The notes: generated by a model not told the origin, from the sequence alone. Shown: positions 1 through 10,499, counted from the first letter of the stretch. The stretch: DNA of 38,580 nucleotides from Chitinophagales bacterium (GCA_038215675.1 JBBQQP010000001.1:1-38580); one strand, 5' to 3'. Translations and numbers: made by a program.

Positions 1-1377
1 AGTAGAAGAATCAATTAATTTAGATTTGGGCTCAAACAACACCTTTGCCAGCACCCCTTTTGGCTGGTAGGTACTCACTACCAGTGCATTGGTTGCGATA
101 AAAGATTCTTCTTTACCGGTAAAATAATTAAAGCCTTTTAAAGTACCCGCAGCTGCAGTTCCATAAGTGATGCCATTTACATCGAGCAGGTGTTTCAGAC
201 CGTTTATTTTATTGGTATTTACGTCTGTAATTACAAAAGATTTATACTCGCCTACGCCGTTATTTTTTCCATCATCAAAAAACTGTTTAAATTCTTTCAC
301 CAGTCTTTCTGTATTTTTTGATACTACTTCAAGCGTACTCATGCTAGTTGTAAAATGATGCGCAATTCTGTCTTTTAAAGTAAGGGTATCTCCATTTCCA
401 ATTACAATGGCAGAACCTGCCCTGCCGCCACCACCCTGCTCAAATGTCATCCCGATACTACCATTGTAAATAGGGTAAGTATCTCCGTAAGAAGGATAAA
501 ATAAATCAAACACTTCTTTGGTAAAATACAACCAGCCATTGGCATCAAAGTATTTAGCATTGTTCTTGCCAATCACCACTTGAAATTCTCTCTGCCACGA
601 GGTAATTACTTCGTGATAAGGCTGTGCGGCTGGCGCAAAATAATAAGGATTGTTGGCGCCCTGCTCATGGTAATCGCTGTGTACGTGTGGCATCCAGCGG
701 TTGTATTGAATCATGCGCTGTTGTGTTTCCACCTGCGATTGCCATGCCCAATCCCTGTTTAAATCAAAACTAAAATGATTGTACCTGCCACCCGGCCAAG
801 GCTCACTGTGTTCTCTTGCATTGGGGTCTGGATTGGCATCCTTTCCTTTCATTTGAGTAAACCAGTTTACATAACGGTCACGGCCATCCGGGTTGATACA
901 TGGATCAATTATTACAACTGTATTTTTTAAATATTCCTTTGTTGGGGCATTGTCAGTATTCAACAATTCATACAATGTTTTCATCGATACTTCGCTGCTA
1001 CTTGTTTCGTTGCCATGCACATTGTAGCTAAGCCAAACGATGGCGGGTGCATTTACATCGCCGGGTTTATCATTTAACAGCCCGGTTAAACGAAGGTTGT
1101 TTTTCCGGATTTCTTCCAGCCTGCTTAAATTTTCTTCAGATGCAAGAAAGGCCAGCAGCAACGGCCTGCCCTCGTTGGTTTCACCATATTGCTCCAGCTT
1201 CATCATCTGTGGCTTAGCGAGCGCTACCTGTTGGAAATAGCTTACTATTTTATGATGCGGTGTGTATCGGTCGCCCAATTGATAGCCCAAATACTGGTCG
1301 GGACTTTTCAATTGCTGACCAAACGCCGCCATTATAGAAATAAAGAAAAAGGAGAGAACAAAAGAAAATTGCTTCAT
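1..1377 (-). CDS. M14-family zinc carboxypeptidase, secreted (partial: 3' end runs off the left edge; not in the ORF track)
   Basis: Manual minus-strand translation from ATG 1377 (alternative in-frame ATG at 1395) gives signal peptide MKQFSFVLSFFFISIMAAFG|QQ, then LKSPDQYLGYQLGDRYTPH, the zinc motif SYNVHGNE, PCINPDG, GGRYNHFSFDLNRDW and DYHEQG. The translated segments are in one frame that reaches base 1. Confidence 0.9.
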   Translation of the reverse strand, partial: MKQFSFVLSFFFISIMAAFGQQLKSPDQYLGYQLGDRYTPHHKIVSYFQQVALAKPQMMKLEQYGETNEGRPLLLAFLASEENLSRLEEIRKNNLRLTGLLNDKPGDVNAPAIVWLSYNVHGNETSSSEVSMKTLYELLNTDNAPTKEYLKNTVVIIDPCINPDGRDRYVNWFTQMKGKDANPDPNAREHSEPWPGGRYNHFSFDLNRDWAWQSQVETQQRMIQYNRWMPHVHSDYHEQGANNPYYFAPAAQPYHEVITSWQREFQVVIGKNNAKYFDANGWLYFTKEVFDLFYPSYGDTYPIYNGSIGMTFEQGGGGRAGSAIVIGNGDTLTLKDRIAHHFTTSMSTLEVVSKNTERLVKEFKQFFDDGKNNGVGEYKSFVITDVNTNKINGLKHLLDVNGITYGTAAAGTLKGFNYFTGKEESFIATNALVVSTYQPKGVLAKVLFEPKSKLIDSST

Positions 1378-1596
1378 AAATATATTTGTGATCATTAATA
1401 AAAAGGGAAGATAGCAATTAATTTGCACCGCTTATCACATACAATTTTCTTTCATAATAATCGGTTTATGAAGTCGAATAACGATACCAGGGTCAATTAC
1501 AAATATTGCTTCTCTCAACAAATTGCCTTTAATTGACTTCATACAATTTTACTTGTAAATAAAGTCAAATCCCTAATTTAGATCAAAATTTACTCA

Positions 1597-3306
1597 ATGA
1601 GCGTTCAAACATTAAAAGGTTTTTTTCTGATAGTTTTAGTGGTCTATAATCTGGCAGGGCAGGCACAAAACATAGATCCATATAATTACAAGGCACAAAA
1701 AAAAATTACGGGTAGTAAGGGTGCGGTGGTATCAGCCAATGCACTGGCTAGTAACGCCGGACTAAGTATTTTAAAAAAAGGAGGCAATGCAATTGATGCT
1801 GCCATTGCCACACAACTAGCGCTGGCAGTGGTTTATCCCGGAGCCGGCAATATTGGTGGAGGTGGTTTTATGGTGGCCCATTTAAAGAACGGAAAAAATA
1901 TCACCATTGATTACAGGGAAACAGCTCCGGCAAAAGCCAACAGGGATATGTACCTGGATGACAAAGGCAATGCGCAAATGAACTTATCACAGGATGGGCA
2001 TTTGGCTAGTGGAATCCCTGGTACCATTGCGGGTTTATTTGCTTCCATGAAATATGCAAAACTGCCCTTCAGGAAATTAATACAACCCGCCATTGATCTG
2101 GCCGAAAAAGGGTTTGCCATTACAGCAGGGCAGGCAGCAGAATTAAATGGACTTAAAAAAGAATTTATTAAGTTGAATACTACTCCGACCGTTTTTGTGA
2201 AAGAAACAAACTGGAAAGCTGGTGATACGCTTATGCAAAAAGACCTTGCGAACACACTCAAACGCATCCGGGATTTAGGAGCCAAAGGGTTTTACGAAGG
2301 AGAAACTGCGAGGCTGATTGTAGCTGAAATGAGCAAAGGCAACGGCATCATTGGTTTAGAAGATTTAAAAAACTACTGTGCCAAAGAAAGAGCGGCAGTT
2401 GAATTTGATTACAAATCGTATCACATTGTTTCAATGCCTTTACCCAGCAGTGGTGGTATTATTTTGCAACAGGTATTAAAAATGATCGAGCAAAAGAACA
2501 TCGGTGCCATGAAATTTCAATCGGCCGAAAGTGTGCAATTGCTTACAGAAGCAGAAAGAAGGGCCTATGCTGACCGGGCAAAATATTTAGGCGATGCTGA
2601 CTTTGTAAAGGTGCCCGTAAAAACGCTGGTAAGCAAGGCATACCTTGATGAAAGAATGAAAGACTATACCCCCGGCAAGGCTGGAAGTAGCAAGGATATC
2701 AAAGAAGGCTACATACCCGAAAGCGAAGAAACTACCCACTTAAGTATCATTGATGGGGAGGGAAATGCGGTATCCGTTACAACTACACTCAATGGAGGAT
2801 ACGGCAGCAGAACTGTGGTAGGCGGTGCCGGCTTTTTGTTGAATAATGAGATGGACGATTTTAGTGTAAAACCCGGCGTACCCAATATGTATGGCGCTAT
2901 CGGTGCAGACGCCAATGCCATCGCACCTGGCAAAAGAATGCTGAGCAGTATGACGCCCACGATTATTTTAAAGAACAATCAACCGTACCTGGTAGTAGGC
3001 ACACCGGGTGGAACTACTATCCCAACCAGTGTAATCCAGTCGGTGGTAAATGTGGTTGATTTTAATATGAGTCCGGAAGATGCGGTTAACAAACCAAAAT
3101 TTCACCACCAATGGTTTCCGGATGTGATTTATGTAGAAAACGATTTTAATGCGGCCACCATTAAAGCACTGGAAGCAATGGGGTATAAAATTTCTAAAAG
3201 AGGTGAAATCGGCAGAACGGAATTAATTCAAATAAAAACAGGTAAAACTAAACCCATCACTGCCATTGCTGATAAGCGGGGTGATGATGCAGCCGCCGGG
3301 TATTAA
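1597..3306 (+). CDS. ggt: Gamma-glutamyltransferase (glutathione hydrolase), exported
   Basis: 569 aa with GGNAIDAA, GNIGGGGF, IDYRETAP, the autoprocessing site E-TTH (Thr nucleophile), LNNEMDDF, LSSMTP and GTPGG. The signal peptide ends AQ. Confidence 0.96.
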   Translation: MSVQTLKGFFLIVLVVYNLAGQAQNIDPYNYKAQKKITGSKGAVVSANALASNAGLSILKKGGNAIDAAIATQLALAVVYPGAGNIGGGGFMVAHLKNGKNITIDYRETAPAKANRDMYLDDKGNAQMNLSQDGHLASGIPGTIAGLFASMKYAKLPFRKLIQPAIDLAEKGFAITAGQAAELNGLKKEFIKLNTTPTVFVKETNWKAGDTLMQKDLANTLKRIRDLGAKGFYEGETARLIVAEMSKGNGIIGLEDLKNYCAKERAAVEFDYKSYHIVSMPLPSSGGIILQQVLKMIEQKNIGAMKFQSAESVQLLTEAERRAYADRAKYLGDADFVKVPVKTLVSKAYLDERMKDYTPGKAGSSKDIKEGYIPESEETTHLSIIDGEGNAVSVTTTLNGGYGSRTVVGGAGFLLNNEMDDFSVKPGVPNMYGAIGADANAIAPGKRMLSSMTPTIILKNNQPYLVVGTPGGTTIPTSVIQSVVNVVDFNMSPEDAVNKPKFHHQWFPDVIYVENDFNAATIKALEAMGYKISKRGEIGRTELIQIKTGKTKPITAIADKRGDDAAAGY

Positions 3307-3366
3307 ATGGTTCATACGATCGCTATCGGATAACCAAAGCAACAATTATAGTAAATTATTTATCCC

Positions 3367-3374
3367 TATTTTTG
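3367..3374 (+). promoter_or_regulatory. Bacteroidota primary-sigma -7 box (TAnnTTTG)
   Basis: TATTTTTG lies 17 nt upstream of the ATG at 3392. Confidence 0.55.
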
Positions 3375-3391
3375 GAGCCATTTAAAAAAGT

Positions 3392-4051
3392 ATGATGAAA
3401 TTAATCTCCGCCTGTGTAGCTATCCTGATAATAAATATTGCTACTGCTCAAACAAAACCAAAAGAAGAACAACGGGTAGCAGCAAAAACAAAACTCGCAA
3501 TAAAAGGTGGCGTCAATATGAGCACTGCCAGGGTTTTTCAAAACGGTCAAAAGCTGGATAGTAAATTTGTTCCGGGCTATGGTATGGGTCTTTTATTTAA
3601 AATTCCTTTCGAAGGAAAATTGTATTTTTCGCCCAACGTGGCGTATAACAGACGAGGTTATACGTACACGCCCAAAGCCGGCAGCATTACCGAATATCAA
3701 AATACCATTCATTATTTTGACATTATCCCCAACTTAAGTGTAAACCTTCCGGCCGGTAAAAATGCGTTCGTAATATCCGGCGGACCGCATTTGAGTGTTG
3801 CAATTGCCGGTACAGAAAAGCAAACAGTAGCAAATAATACGACTTCCTCTAAAATGAAATTTAGCCTGAGTGGAAATTATGGCTTCATCGATCTGGGCGT
3901 TGGCGGAAGCCTGGGCTACCACATGGATAAGTTTTTAATAGAAGCCGGTTTTCAAATGGGACTCGCCAATATCAACAACAATGTAGAAAACGATTTTCGC
4001 AATATTCAGAACCGAATGTTTAGTTTGCAGGTAGGCTATTTTTTAAAATAA
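3392..4051 (+). CDS. Outer-membrane beta-barrel (porin-family / OMP_b-brl_2-like) protein
   Basis: 219 aa with a signal peptide (..ATA|Q), an IKGGVNMS N-terminal strand, alternating amphipathic strands and a C-terminal beta-signal FSLQVGYF. Confidence 0.8.
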   Translation: MMKLISACVAILIINIATAQTKPKEEQRVAAKTKLAIKGGVNMSTARVFQNGQKLDSKFVPGYGMGLLFKIPFEGKLYFSPNVAYNRRGYTYTPKAGSITEYQNTIHYFDIIPNLSVNLPAGKNAFVISGGPHLSVAIAGTEKQTVANNTTSSKMKFSLSGNYGFIDLGVGGSLGYHMDKFLIEAGFQMGLANINNNVENDFRNIQNRMFSLQVGYFLK

Positions 4052-4317
4052 TTTCTTATGAATTCCAATCGTTCAAGGTTTAAATTTATTTTCTTCTCAC
4101 CGATTGATACGGACATTTGGTAAACGGGTATATGTTTGCAGATGATAATGGCCCGTTAAATATTTACGAGCCTTATTTTTTCTCTATGCAGTCAGTGGCA
4201 TAAGTAGCTTTCAAACCCTTACCGGCTGGGCGTTTTCATACATTAGGGTTTTCACTTCCCGCCTGTTTTGAATTTCCATTTAGTATTACGATAAATCAGC
4301 TGATATTTGGTATCGAA

Positions 4318-4348
4318 TTTGCCCTGATGTGTCGATTCCTTATTTTTG
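4318..4348 (+). promoter_or_regulatory. Full Bacteroidota -33/-7 promoter for the TamB-like gene
   Basis: TTTG (4318-4321), a 19-nt spacer, then TATTTTTG (4341-4348), matching TTTG-N19-21-TAnnTTTG. Confidence 0.65.
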
Positions 4349-4354
4349 CAACAA

Positions 4355-7300
4355 TTGAATATTACCCTGCGCAGAAGCCTGAACATATTAAAATGGTTTT
4401 CACTTACACTGATATTTTGGTTGGTGCTTGCTATTATCCTTATTTATGTTTATCCGGATTCTCCAATCTGGGTGTTCATCATCGCATTGGCAGGCTGGTT
4501 GTCTGGATGGCTCTTCGTTTTTAAAAAAGCGAAACAAAAAATCTGGTTCTTTCTTTCGCTCATCCTACTCGTTCTTTTTACCTGGGGCATTTTACAGGTT
4601 CCGCCAATACAGAATTTTCTCGTACGCAAAGTAGCAAGCGCTTTTTCTGATAAGCTGCATGCCAAAGTAAGCATTCAATATCTCAACTACCGGTTTTTTG
4701 ATAAAATGGAAATGAAGGGCTTGCTGGTGGAAGATCAGAAAAAAGATACACTCCTGTTTGCAGGTAATGCCAGGGTAAATATTACTGACTGGTTTTTTCT
4801 TAAAAATAAAGCTACCCTAAAATATGTTGCACTGGATGATGCCGTTGTAAATATGCAGCGGACAGATTCGGTTTGGAATTACCAGTTCCTGGTTGATTAC
4901 TTCGGCGGTTCAAAAGATTCATCTGCAAAGAAAAAGGGAGGAATTGAATTTGACATTAAAATATTTACTTTCTCTAATATTGAATTTAACCAAATTGACA
5001 AGTGGGTTGGTAAGAACATGAAAGTGGCAGTGAAAAAATTAGACCTGTTTGCAGACGATGTAAACTTTACCAAAAAGCAAATTAATTTGAACACGCTTAC
5101 TTTGGATGGGCCTGTATTTTCACAGGAAGACTACACTGGTTTTAGACCAGATTCCCTGATTATAAAAAAAGTGAAAAAAGCGAAATTAACGCCGGATCGG
5201 TATAAATGGAACAATGATGGATGGGCATTGCACGTGGGCGCCATCAGTGTAACAAACGGTGTTTTTATCAATGAAGTAGAAACAGACAGACTTCCATTTA
5301 CCGACCAGTTTGATGCGGCGCACATTCGCTTCAGCAATATTACGGGGGTTTTAAAAAATGTAAGTTTTGTAAAAGATACGCTTTCTGCGGAGGTACTTTT
5401 AGGTACCCTGGAAAGAAGTGGTTTCGAGTTGAAAAAATTACAGGCCAATTTGAAATTTACCCCGGAAAAAATTGAGTTTAACAACCTGGACCTGATTACC
5501 AACAAAAGCAGACTGGGTAATTATTATGTGATGAAGTACAATAACTTCAGCCGTGATATGAGTAACTTTTTGCACGATGTTACTTTGGAAGGAAATTTCG
5601 TCAACAGCCATTTAAATACAGACGACCTCGCCTTTTTTGCACCTGATTTAAAATCATGGAAAAGGATTTTTGAAATAGAAGGCCTGGCATCGGGAACGAT
5701 TGATAATTTAACTGCCAAAAAAATGCTTATTAAAAGTGGTAATACATTTTTAGACGGCAATATTTCTTTAAGAGGATTACCCGATATCAACAACACTTTC
5801 ATTGATTTTAGAGCCAATGATCTGAAGACCACTTTTTCAGACATCAGCACCATTATACCAGCATTAAAAACCATTACAAAACCCCAGCTGGGCAAATTAG
5901 GTGATATCCAATACAAAGGAAACTTTACCGGCTTCATCAATGACTTTGTGGCTTTTGGAACCATCAATACAAGACTGGGGATTGTGACGGGCGATATCAA
6001 TATGAAATTGCCCGCAAATAAACCGCCCGTTTATTTAGGCAAAATTTCTACCAATGGTTTTAAATTGGGTGAATTTTTTAATAATAACCAATTGGGCGCT
6101 ATTACGTTTAATGGCAAGGTAAATGGACGGGGATTTACTGAAAAAGATATCGATGCTAATTTTGATGGGTTTATAAGTAAAGTCGGATACGCAGGCTACG
6201 ATTATCAAAACATAGACGTGAAGGGAGATTTTGGTAAAAAAATATTTACCGGCCTTGTTAGTATCAATGATCCCAATTTAAAATTGGATAGCCTGAGAGG
6301 CACCATTGATTTGAGTGATACCGTACCGCAATTTGCCTTCAATGCATCACTTCAAAAAGCTGATTTAAAAAAACTAAACTATACCCTGGACGATTTTGTT
6401 TTACAGGGACGGTTTGATCTCAATTTTAGAGGTAGTAACATCGATAATTTTTTAGGTGCCGCAAGAATTTATGAGGCTGGTTTGCTTCACAACGAGCAGC
6501 GGCTTTCTTTTGATTCGCTGGTACTAAGATCCTCCGTTTTAAACAATCAAAAGTATTTAAGCGTTCGCACCAATGAACTGGATGCCGACCTTACCGGTAA
6601 TTTTAAAATACTGGAACTCCCCAATGCCTTCAAAGTATTTCTAAGCAAGTACTACCCTACCTATATTGAAAAACCATCCGGTGCAGTGAGCGATCAGAAT
6701 TTTTCTTTTCTCATAAAAACAAAAGAAGTAGATGCCTATGCGCAACTGCTGGATAAAAAACTTACGGGGTTTAGTAACGCTACCATCACAGGCAATCTTA
6801 ATCTAAAAGAAAATGATTTAAATGTAAATGTGGATGTGCCTTTATTTTCTTATGATGGAAAATCGTTCAACAATATCCGGCTGGCCAGCAAGGGTAATCT
6901 CGATTCTTTAAGGGCGAATATTGATGTGGATGAAATCATCATCAATGATAGCCTCAGGCTGCCGGCTTCCAACCTTGTGTTTACTTCCAAAAACGACATT
7001 TCTGATGTAAGTATAAAAACAAGAGCCAGCAAAACATTTGGTGATGCCGCCATCAACGCAAGGGTGCAAACGTTGAAGGATGGTGTAAAAATTTATTTCT
7101 TTCCTTCCTCCTTTATCATCAATGAAAAAAAGTGGGAGCTGGAAAAAGATGGAGAATTAACCCTAAGCAAATCTGTTATCAGTGCCAGTGAAGTAAAATT
7201 CGTACAAGGCAATCAGCAGATCGTTATATCCACAGAACCTTCGGAAATAGGCAATTCGCATGATGTAGTGATAGGCCTGACAGAGGTGAATGTAAATGAT

Positions 7301-9250
7301 TTTATGCCACTGCTGTTAAAAAATCCAAAGCTGGAAGGACAGATCACCGGGAATATCCGCATACTGGATCCATTTGGAAAACAATTCATAGAAATGGATA
7401 CCCGCATAAAGGAATTCAGACTGGACGGGGATTCCATTGGCATAGTAAATGGGGTTGGTTCCTACTCCGTTTCTACCGGCATTGCAAAATTTAAACTGGA
7501 TGCAGAAAACCTCGCAAACAATTTTAAAATTGAAGGCACTTACAATTCTAAAGACAGTACGGAAAACCAGGCGGATATTTCCCTTATATCAAACCGGCTC
7601 GACCTTGGTATTTTAAATAATTACCTCGGATCTATTTTTAGTAAAATCACCGGAATTGCAAACACTGCCGATCTGCAGGTAAAAGGAAATTCAAAACATC
7701 TTTCCCTTACCGGAACCGCCAACATCACAGAAGCTTCGCTGGTGGTAAACTATACCCAATGCCGGTATAAATTTACAAACGAAACAATTATTTTCAACCC
7801 GGACGAAATTGATTTTGGCAATATTATTTTACGGGATACATTGAATAATGTAGCTAACCTCAGCGGCAAAATGTACCATCGTTTTTTTCAAAATTTTTCC
7901 TTTGATAATGTAAAATTTGAATCAAATAAACTATTGGTTTTAAATACTACCAAAAAAGACAATTCGATGTTTTATGGAAAAGTGGTAGGAAAAGCAGAAA
8001 TGACACTGAACGGACCAGTAGAAAATATGATTATGAATATTACCGGCGAACCGTCCCGTGCTGATACCAGTCATATCTATTTATTGAGTGGCAGCAGCGT
8101 GGAAAGTGGCGTGGTAGATTACATCGATTTTATACAGTTTGGTAGCAAGATGGAAAATGAATACCGGGGACAGCTTTCAAATAATATCCTGGTAAATATG
8201 CTGCTAACGGCTAATCCTTCGTGCAAAATAGATGTGATTTTGGATGAGGCCACCGGTGATATCATTAAAGGAGAAGGAAGTGGACTGCTTAAATTAAGAG
8301 TGGGTAACAAAGAGCCGTTAACGATCAATGGCAACTACAATATCACCAAAGGAGAGTACACATTTAATTTTCAGACTTTTCTTAAAAAATACTTTACGGT
8401 TAACAGTGGCAGCATTACCTGGACCGGCGATCCACTAAATGCCCGCATTGATATACTGGCTGAATACCTGGCCAACAATGTTAATTTTAAACCCATCTTT
8501 ACAGGTGGCTTGCAGATCAATCAAAAAGAAGATGTTAGGGTAATTGCACATTTAACAGAAACCCTGCTAAAACCATCCATCGATTTTGAATTTCAATTGC
8601 CCGATGCCAGCCCGTTGAAAAATGACTTTGTAATCGCTAAAAGATTACAACAATTTAAAGATGATAAAAATGAATTGAACAAGCAGGTAACCTCCTTACT
8701 GCTGTTTAATACTTTTGTAAGCAACGACCAGAGTTTTTTAACTGCCAGTAGTGGTTACAATGTTCTTTCCAGTACCATCGGAGGTGTTGTATCGAATGCC
8801 TTGTCGGGATTCTTTAATAAATTTTTGCAGAAGTATATCAAAAACACGTCTGTTTATCTTGATCTGAATACCGGTCTTGAGTTGGAAAGCAATGTTGCAA
8901 AACTACAGGCGGCGGCAAAAAGCGGACTTATTTTTACCTTATTAAATGGAAGGCTTGTTATTACAGCCGGTGTAAACCTCGACTATAATAATCCCTATGT
9001 AGTAAATACTACCAGAAATAATAATTTGCTGGTAACGCCGGACATTACCGCAGAATGGTTGCTGTCGAAAGATGGCAGGGTAAGACTGGTTGGTTTTAAC
9101 CGCACCAATTACGATTTGGTAAGCCAGCGTACCAGAACCGGCGTAAGTCTATCTTACCGTAAAGACATTGACAAACTTTCGCAATTATTTACAGCCGATG
9201 AGGATAAGAAAAGAAGGAAGTTAGTTAAAGCGTTAACTGCTGGGGAATAG
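4355..9250 (+). CDS. tamB: TamB/AsmA-like translocation and assembly / lipid-transfer protein (DUF490-type C-terminus); start uncertain (TTG 4346, TTG 4355 or CTG 4367)
   Basis: About 1630 aa with N-terminal TM helices followed by the typical QVPPIQNFLV motif. A long beta-rich G-x-hydrophobic body ends in GEYTFNFQ, GSITWTGDP..A.I and RTGVSLSYRKDID. Confidence 0.85.
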   Translation: MNITLRRSLNILKWFSLTLIFWLVLAIILIYVYPDSPIWVFIIALAGWLSGWLFVFKKAKQKIWFFLSLILLVLFTWGILQVPPIQNFLVRKVASAFSDKLHAKVSIQYLNYRFFDKMEMKGLLVEDQKKDTLLFAGNARVNITDWFFLKNKATLKYVALDDAVVNMQRTDSVWNYQFLVDYFGGSKDSSAKKKGGIEFDIKIFTFSNIEFNQIDKWVGKNMKVAVKKLDLFADDVNFTKKQINLNTLTLDGPVFSQEDYTGFRPDSLIIKKVKKAKLTPDRYKWNNDGWALHVGAISVTNGVFINEVETDRLPFTDQFDAAHIRFSNITGVLKNVSFVKDTLSAEVLLGTLERSGFELKKLQANLKFTPEKIEFNNLDLITNKSRLGNYYVMKYNNFSRDMSNFLHDVTLEGNFVNSHLNTDDLAFFAPDLKSWKRIFEIEGLASGTIDNLTAKKMLIKSGNTFLDGNISLRGLPDINNTFIDFRANDLKTTFSDISTIIPALKTITKPQLGKLGDIQYKGNFTGFINDFVAFGTINTRLGIVTGDINMKLPANKPPVYLGKISTNGFKLGEFFNNNQLGAITFNGKVNGRGFTEKDIDANFDGFISKVGYAGYDYQNIDVKGDFGKKIFTGLVSINDPNLKLDSLRGTIDLSDTVPQFAFNASLQKADLKKLNYTLDDFVLQGRFDLNFRGSNIDNFLGAARIYEAGLLHNEQRLSFDSLVLRSSVLNNQKYLSVRTNELDADLTGNFKILELPNAFKVFLSKYYPTYIEKPSGAVSDQNFSFLIKTKEVDAYAQLLDKKLTGFSNATITGNLNLKENDLNVNVDVPLFSYDGKSFNNIRLASKGNLDSLRANIDVDEIIINDSLRLPASNLVFTSKNDISDVSIKTRASKTFGDAAINARVQTLKDGVKIYFFPSSFIINEKKWELEKDGELTLSKSVISASEVKFVQGNQQIVISTEPSEIGNSHDVVIGLTEVNVNDFMPLLLKNPKLEGQITGNIRILDPFGKQFIEMDTRIKEFRLDGDSIGIVNGVGSYSVSTGIAKFKLDAENLANNFKIEGTYNSKDSTENQADISLISNRLDLGILNNYLGSIFSKITGIANTADLQVKGNSKHLSLTGTANITEASLVVNYTQCRYKFTNETIIFNPDEIDFGNIILRDTLNNVANLSGKMYHRFFQNFSFDNVKFESNKLLVLNTTKKDNSMFYGKVVGKAEMTLNGPVENMIMNITGEPSRADTSHIYLLSGSSVESGVVDYIDFIQFGSKMENEYRGQLSNNILVNMLLTANPSCKIDVILDEATGDIIKGEGSGLLKLRVGNKEPLTINGNYNITKGEYTFNFQTFLKKYFTVNSGSITWTGDPLNARIDILAEYLANNVNFKPIFTGGLQINQKEDVRVIAHLTETLLKPSIDFEFQLPDASPLKNDFVIAKRLQQFKDDKNELNKQVTSLLLFNTFVSNDQSFLTASSGYNVLSSTIGGVVSNALSGFFNKFLQKYIKNTSVYLDLNTGLELESNVAKLQAAAKSGLIFTLLNGRLVITAGVNLDYNNPYVVNTTRNNNLLVTPDITAEWLLSKDGRVRLVGFNRTNYDLVSQRTRTGVSLSYRKDIDKLSQLFTADEDKKRRKLVKALTAGE

Positions 9251-9273
9251 CGCCTTGCTCATGCCTGTTTTTA

Positions 9274-10050
9274 TTACTGCAATTCTTTTTTAAGACAGGA
9301 AATCATGTTGGCATAATCCCCATCGATCACTTTTACAATCAATCCTTTTTTATTTATTATCAGGTGTGTTGGATAGTAAGCGATTTTCAATTGCTCCATC
9401 AAATATTTTTTTTGATCTGCAACAACGGCATAGTTGAATGTAGTAGTCTTTAAAAATGCGGTTAGGTTTTCTTTAGAGTCGAAAGCTAAACTTACAAAGA
9501 GAATATCGGGTCTGTTGCTAAATTGCTTAATCGCATTATTCAAAGCCGGCATCTCTTCCACACATTTGGCACAATGTATAAACCAGCTTTTCAATACAAG
9601 CGTTTTGCCTTTGGTATTTTCATTCGTGTACACCTTCCCATTCAAATCTGTAAAATTGAAAGCCGGTAATTCCATTCCTTCCAATTGATAGTTCTTATAA
9701 GCATCTTGTCCAAATTGCTTTACCTGCGTTTTGATATCGTCATCCACCAAACCATTCATTTTGTAAAGCTGATACTGTATGGATGAGTCCGTCGAAAAAA
9801 TTCGTAAAGGAATATATGCGCCCGAAATGAGTGATTGCAAAAAAGCGGCCTTATCAATAATTGCAGCATTGGTGTCCAACGGAATATATTCCGCTGATAA
9901 ATTTATATTGTTATAATTATAGCTCCACCAGCTGTTGAAATCTTTCAAAATCACCGCCGGCTCAGCATGACGGGGCTTATCTACAACACCGTGGGAACAG
10001 GATGCGGTGATGATCGCAATTAGCAATGGCAGGATGACTTTTAGTTTCAT
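9274..10050 (-). CDS. TlpA/ResA-family thioredoxin-like lipoprotein
   Basis: Lipobox ITAS|C, then LPAFNFTDLNGK, an active site W-F-I-H-C-A-K-C-V-E-E-M-P, and a cis-Pro loop YYPTHLII. Confidence 0.85.
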   Translation of the reverse strand: MKLKVILPLLIAIITASCSHGVVDKPRHAEPAVILKDFNSWWSYNYNNINLSAEYIPLDTNAAIIDKAAFLQSLISGAYIPLRIFSTDSSIQYQLYKMNGLVDDDIKTQVKQFGQDAYKNYQLEGMELPAFNFTDLNGKVYTNENTKGKTLVLKSWFIHCAKCVEEMPALNNAIKQFSNRPDILFVSLAFDSKENLTAFLKTTTFNYAVVADQKKYLMEQLKIAYYPTHLIINKKGLIVKVIDGDYANMISCLKKELQ

Positions 10051-10174
10051 ATAGACAATGAATATTTATAACAAATAATAAATTAGTAGGGAAGTTAAAT
10101 AATTTAAAGTGGGTGAAACGGGTGCATGTGTAACGGAACGAGTTAGAAAAACAAAAAATTTATACTACTTAAGC

Positions 10175-10361
10175 GGGCTTGCTGCAAGGCTAGACTTCAT
10201 TGCTCGTCCTTCCCGAAACGGTTGCTGAATAAAAATATAAATGCAAAAGTTAACAATCAAAAGTTCAGCGATGTTTGTCCGTGTCTGATGAAGTTGAAAG
10301 CGACAAAATGCTTATTGCTCCAACGTCCAGCTAACCTTGGTGCAACCCTGACGTTGCCTGC
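10175..10361. repeat. Imperfect nested palindrome resembling Bacteroidota attC-like intergenic repeats (degenerate, solitary)
   Basis: Outer arms GGGCTTGCTGCAAGGCTAGAC (10175-10195) and GTCCAGCTAACCTTGGTGCAACCC (10325-10348). Inner pairs GACTTCAT/ATGAAGTT and TTGCTGAA/TTCAGCGA. The element ends in GTTGCCTGC. Confidence 0.5.
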
Positions 10362-10499
10362 TGGCGTTTGTCATTTGGTTGTCGAAATGTTACAAGTCTT
10401 TAGGTGTTTCTTGCCCATAAAGAGTTGCAATATCTTTTTGCGTTCTCGCTAGTTGCAGTAATTTCTTTTGTAAATTATACAATCATCCGTAAGATTTTT

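Noticed and set aside
167-1398. Short plus-strand ORFs in the track
   Set aside because: They are antisense to the M14 carboxypeptidase, which the track missed because its stop lies outside the window.
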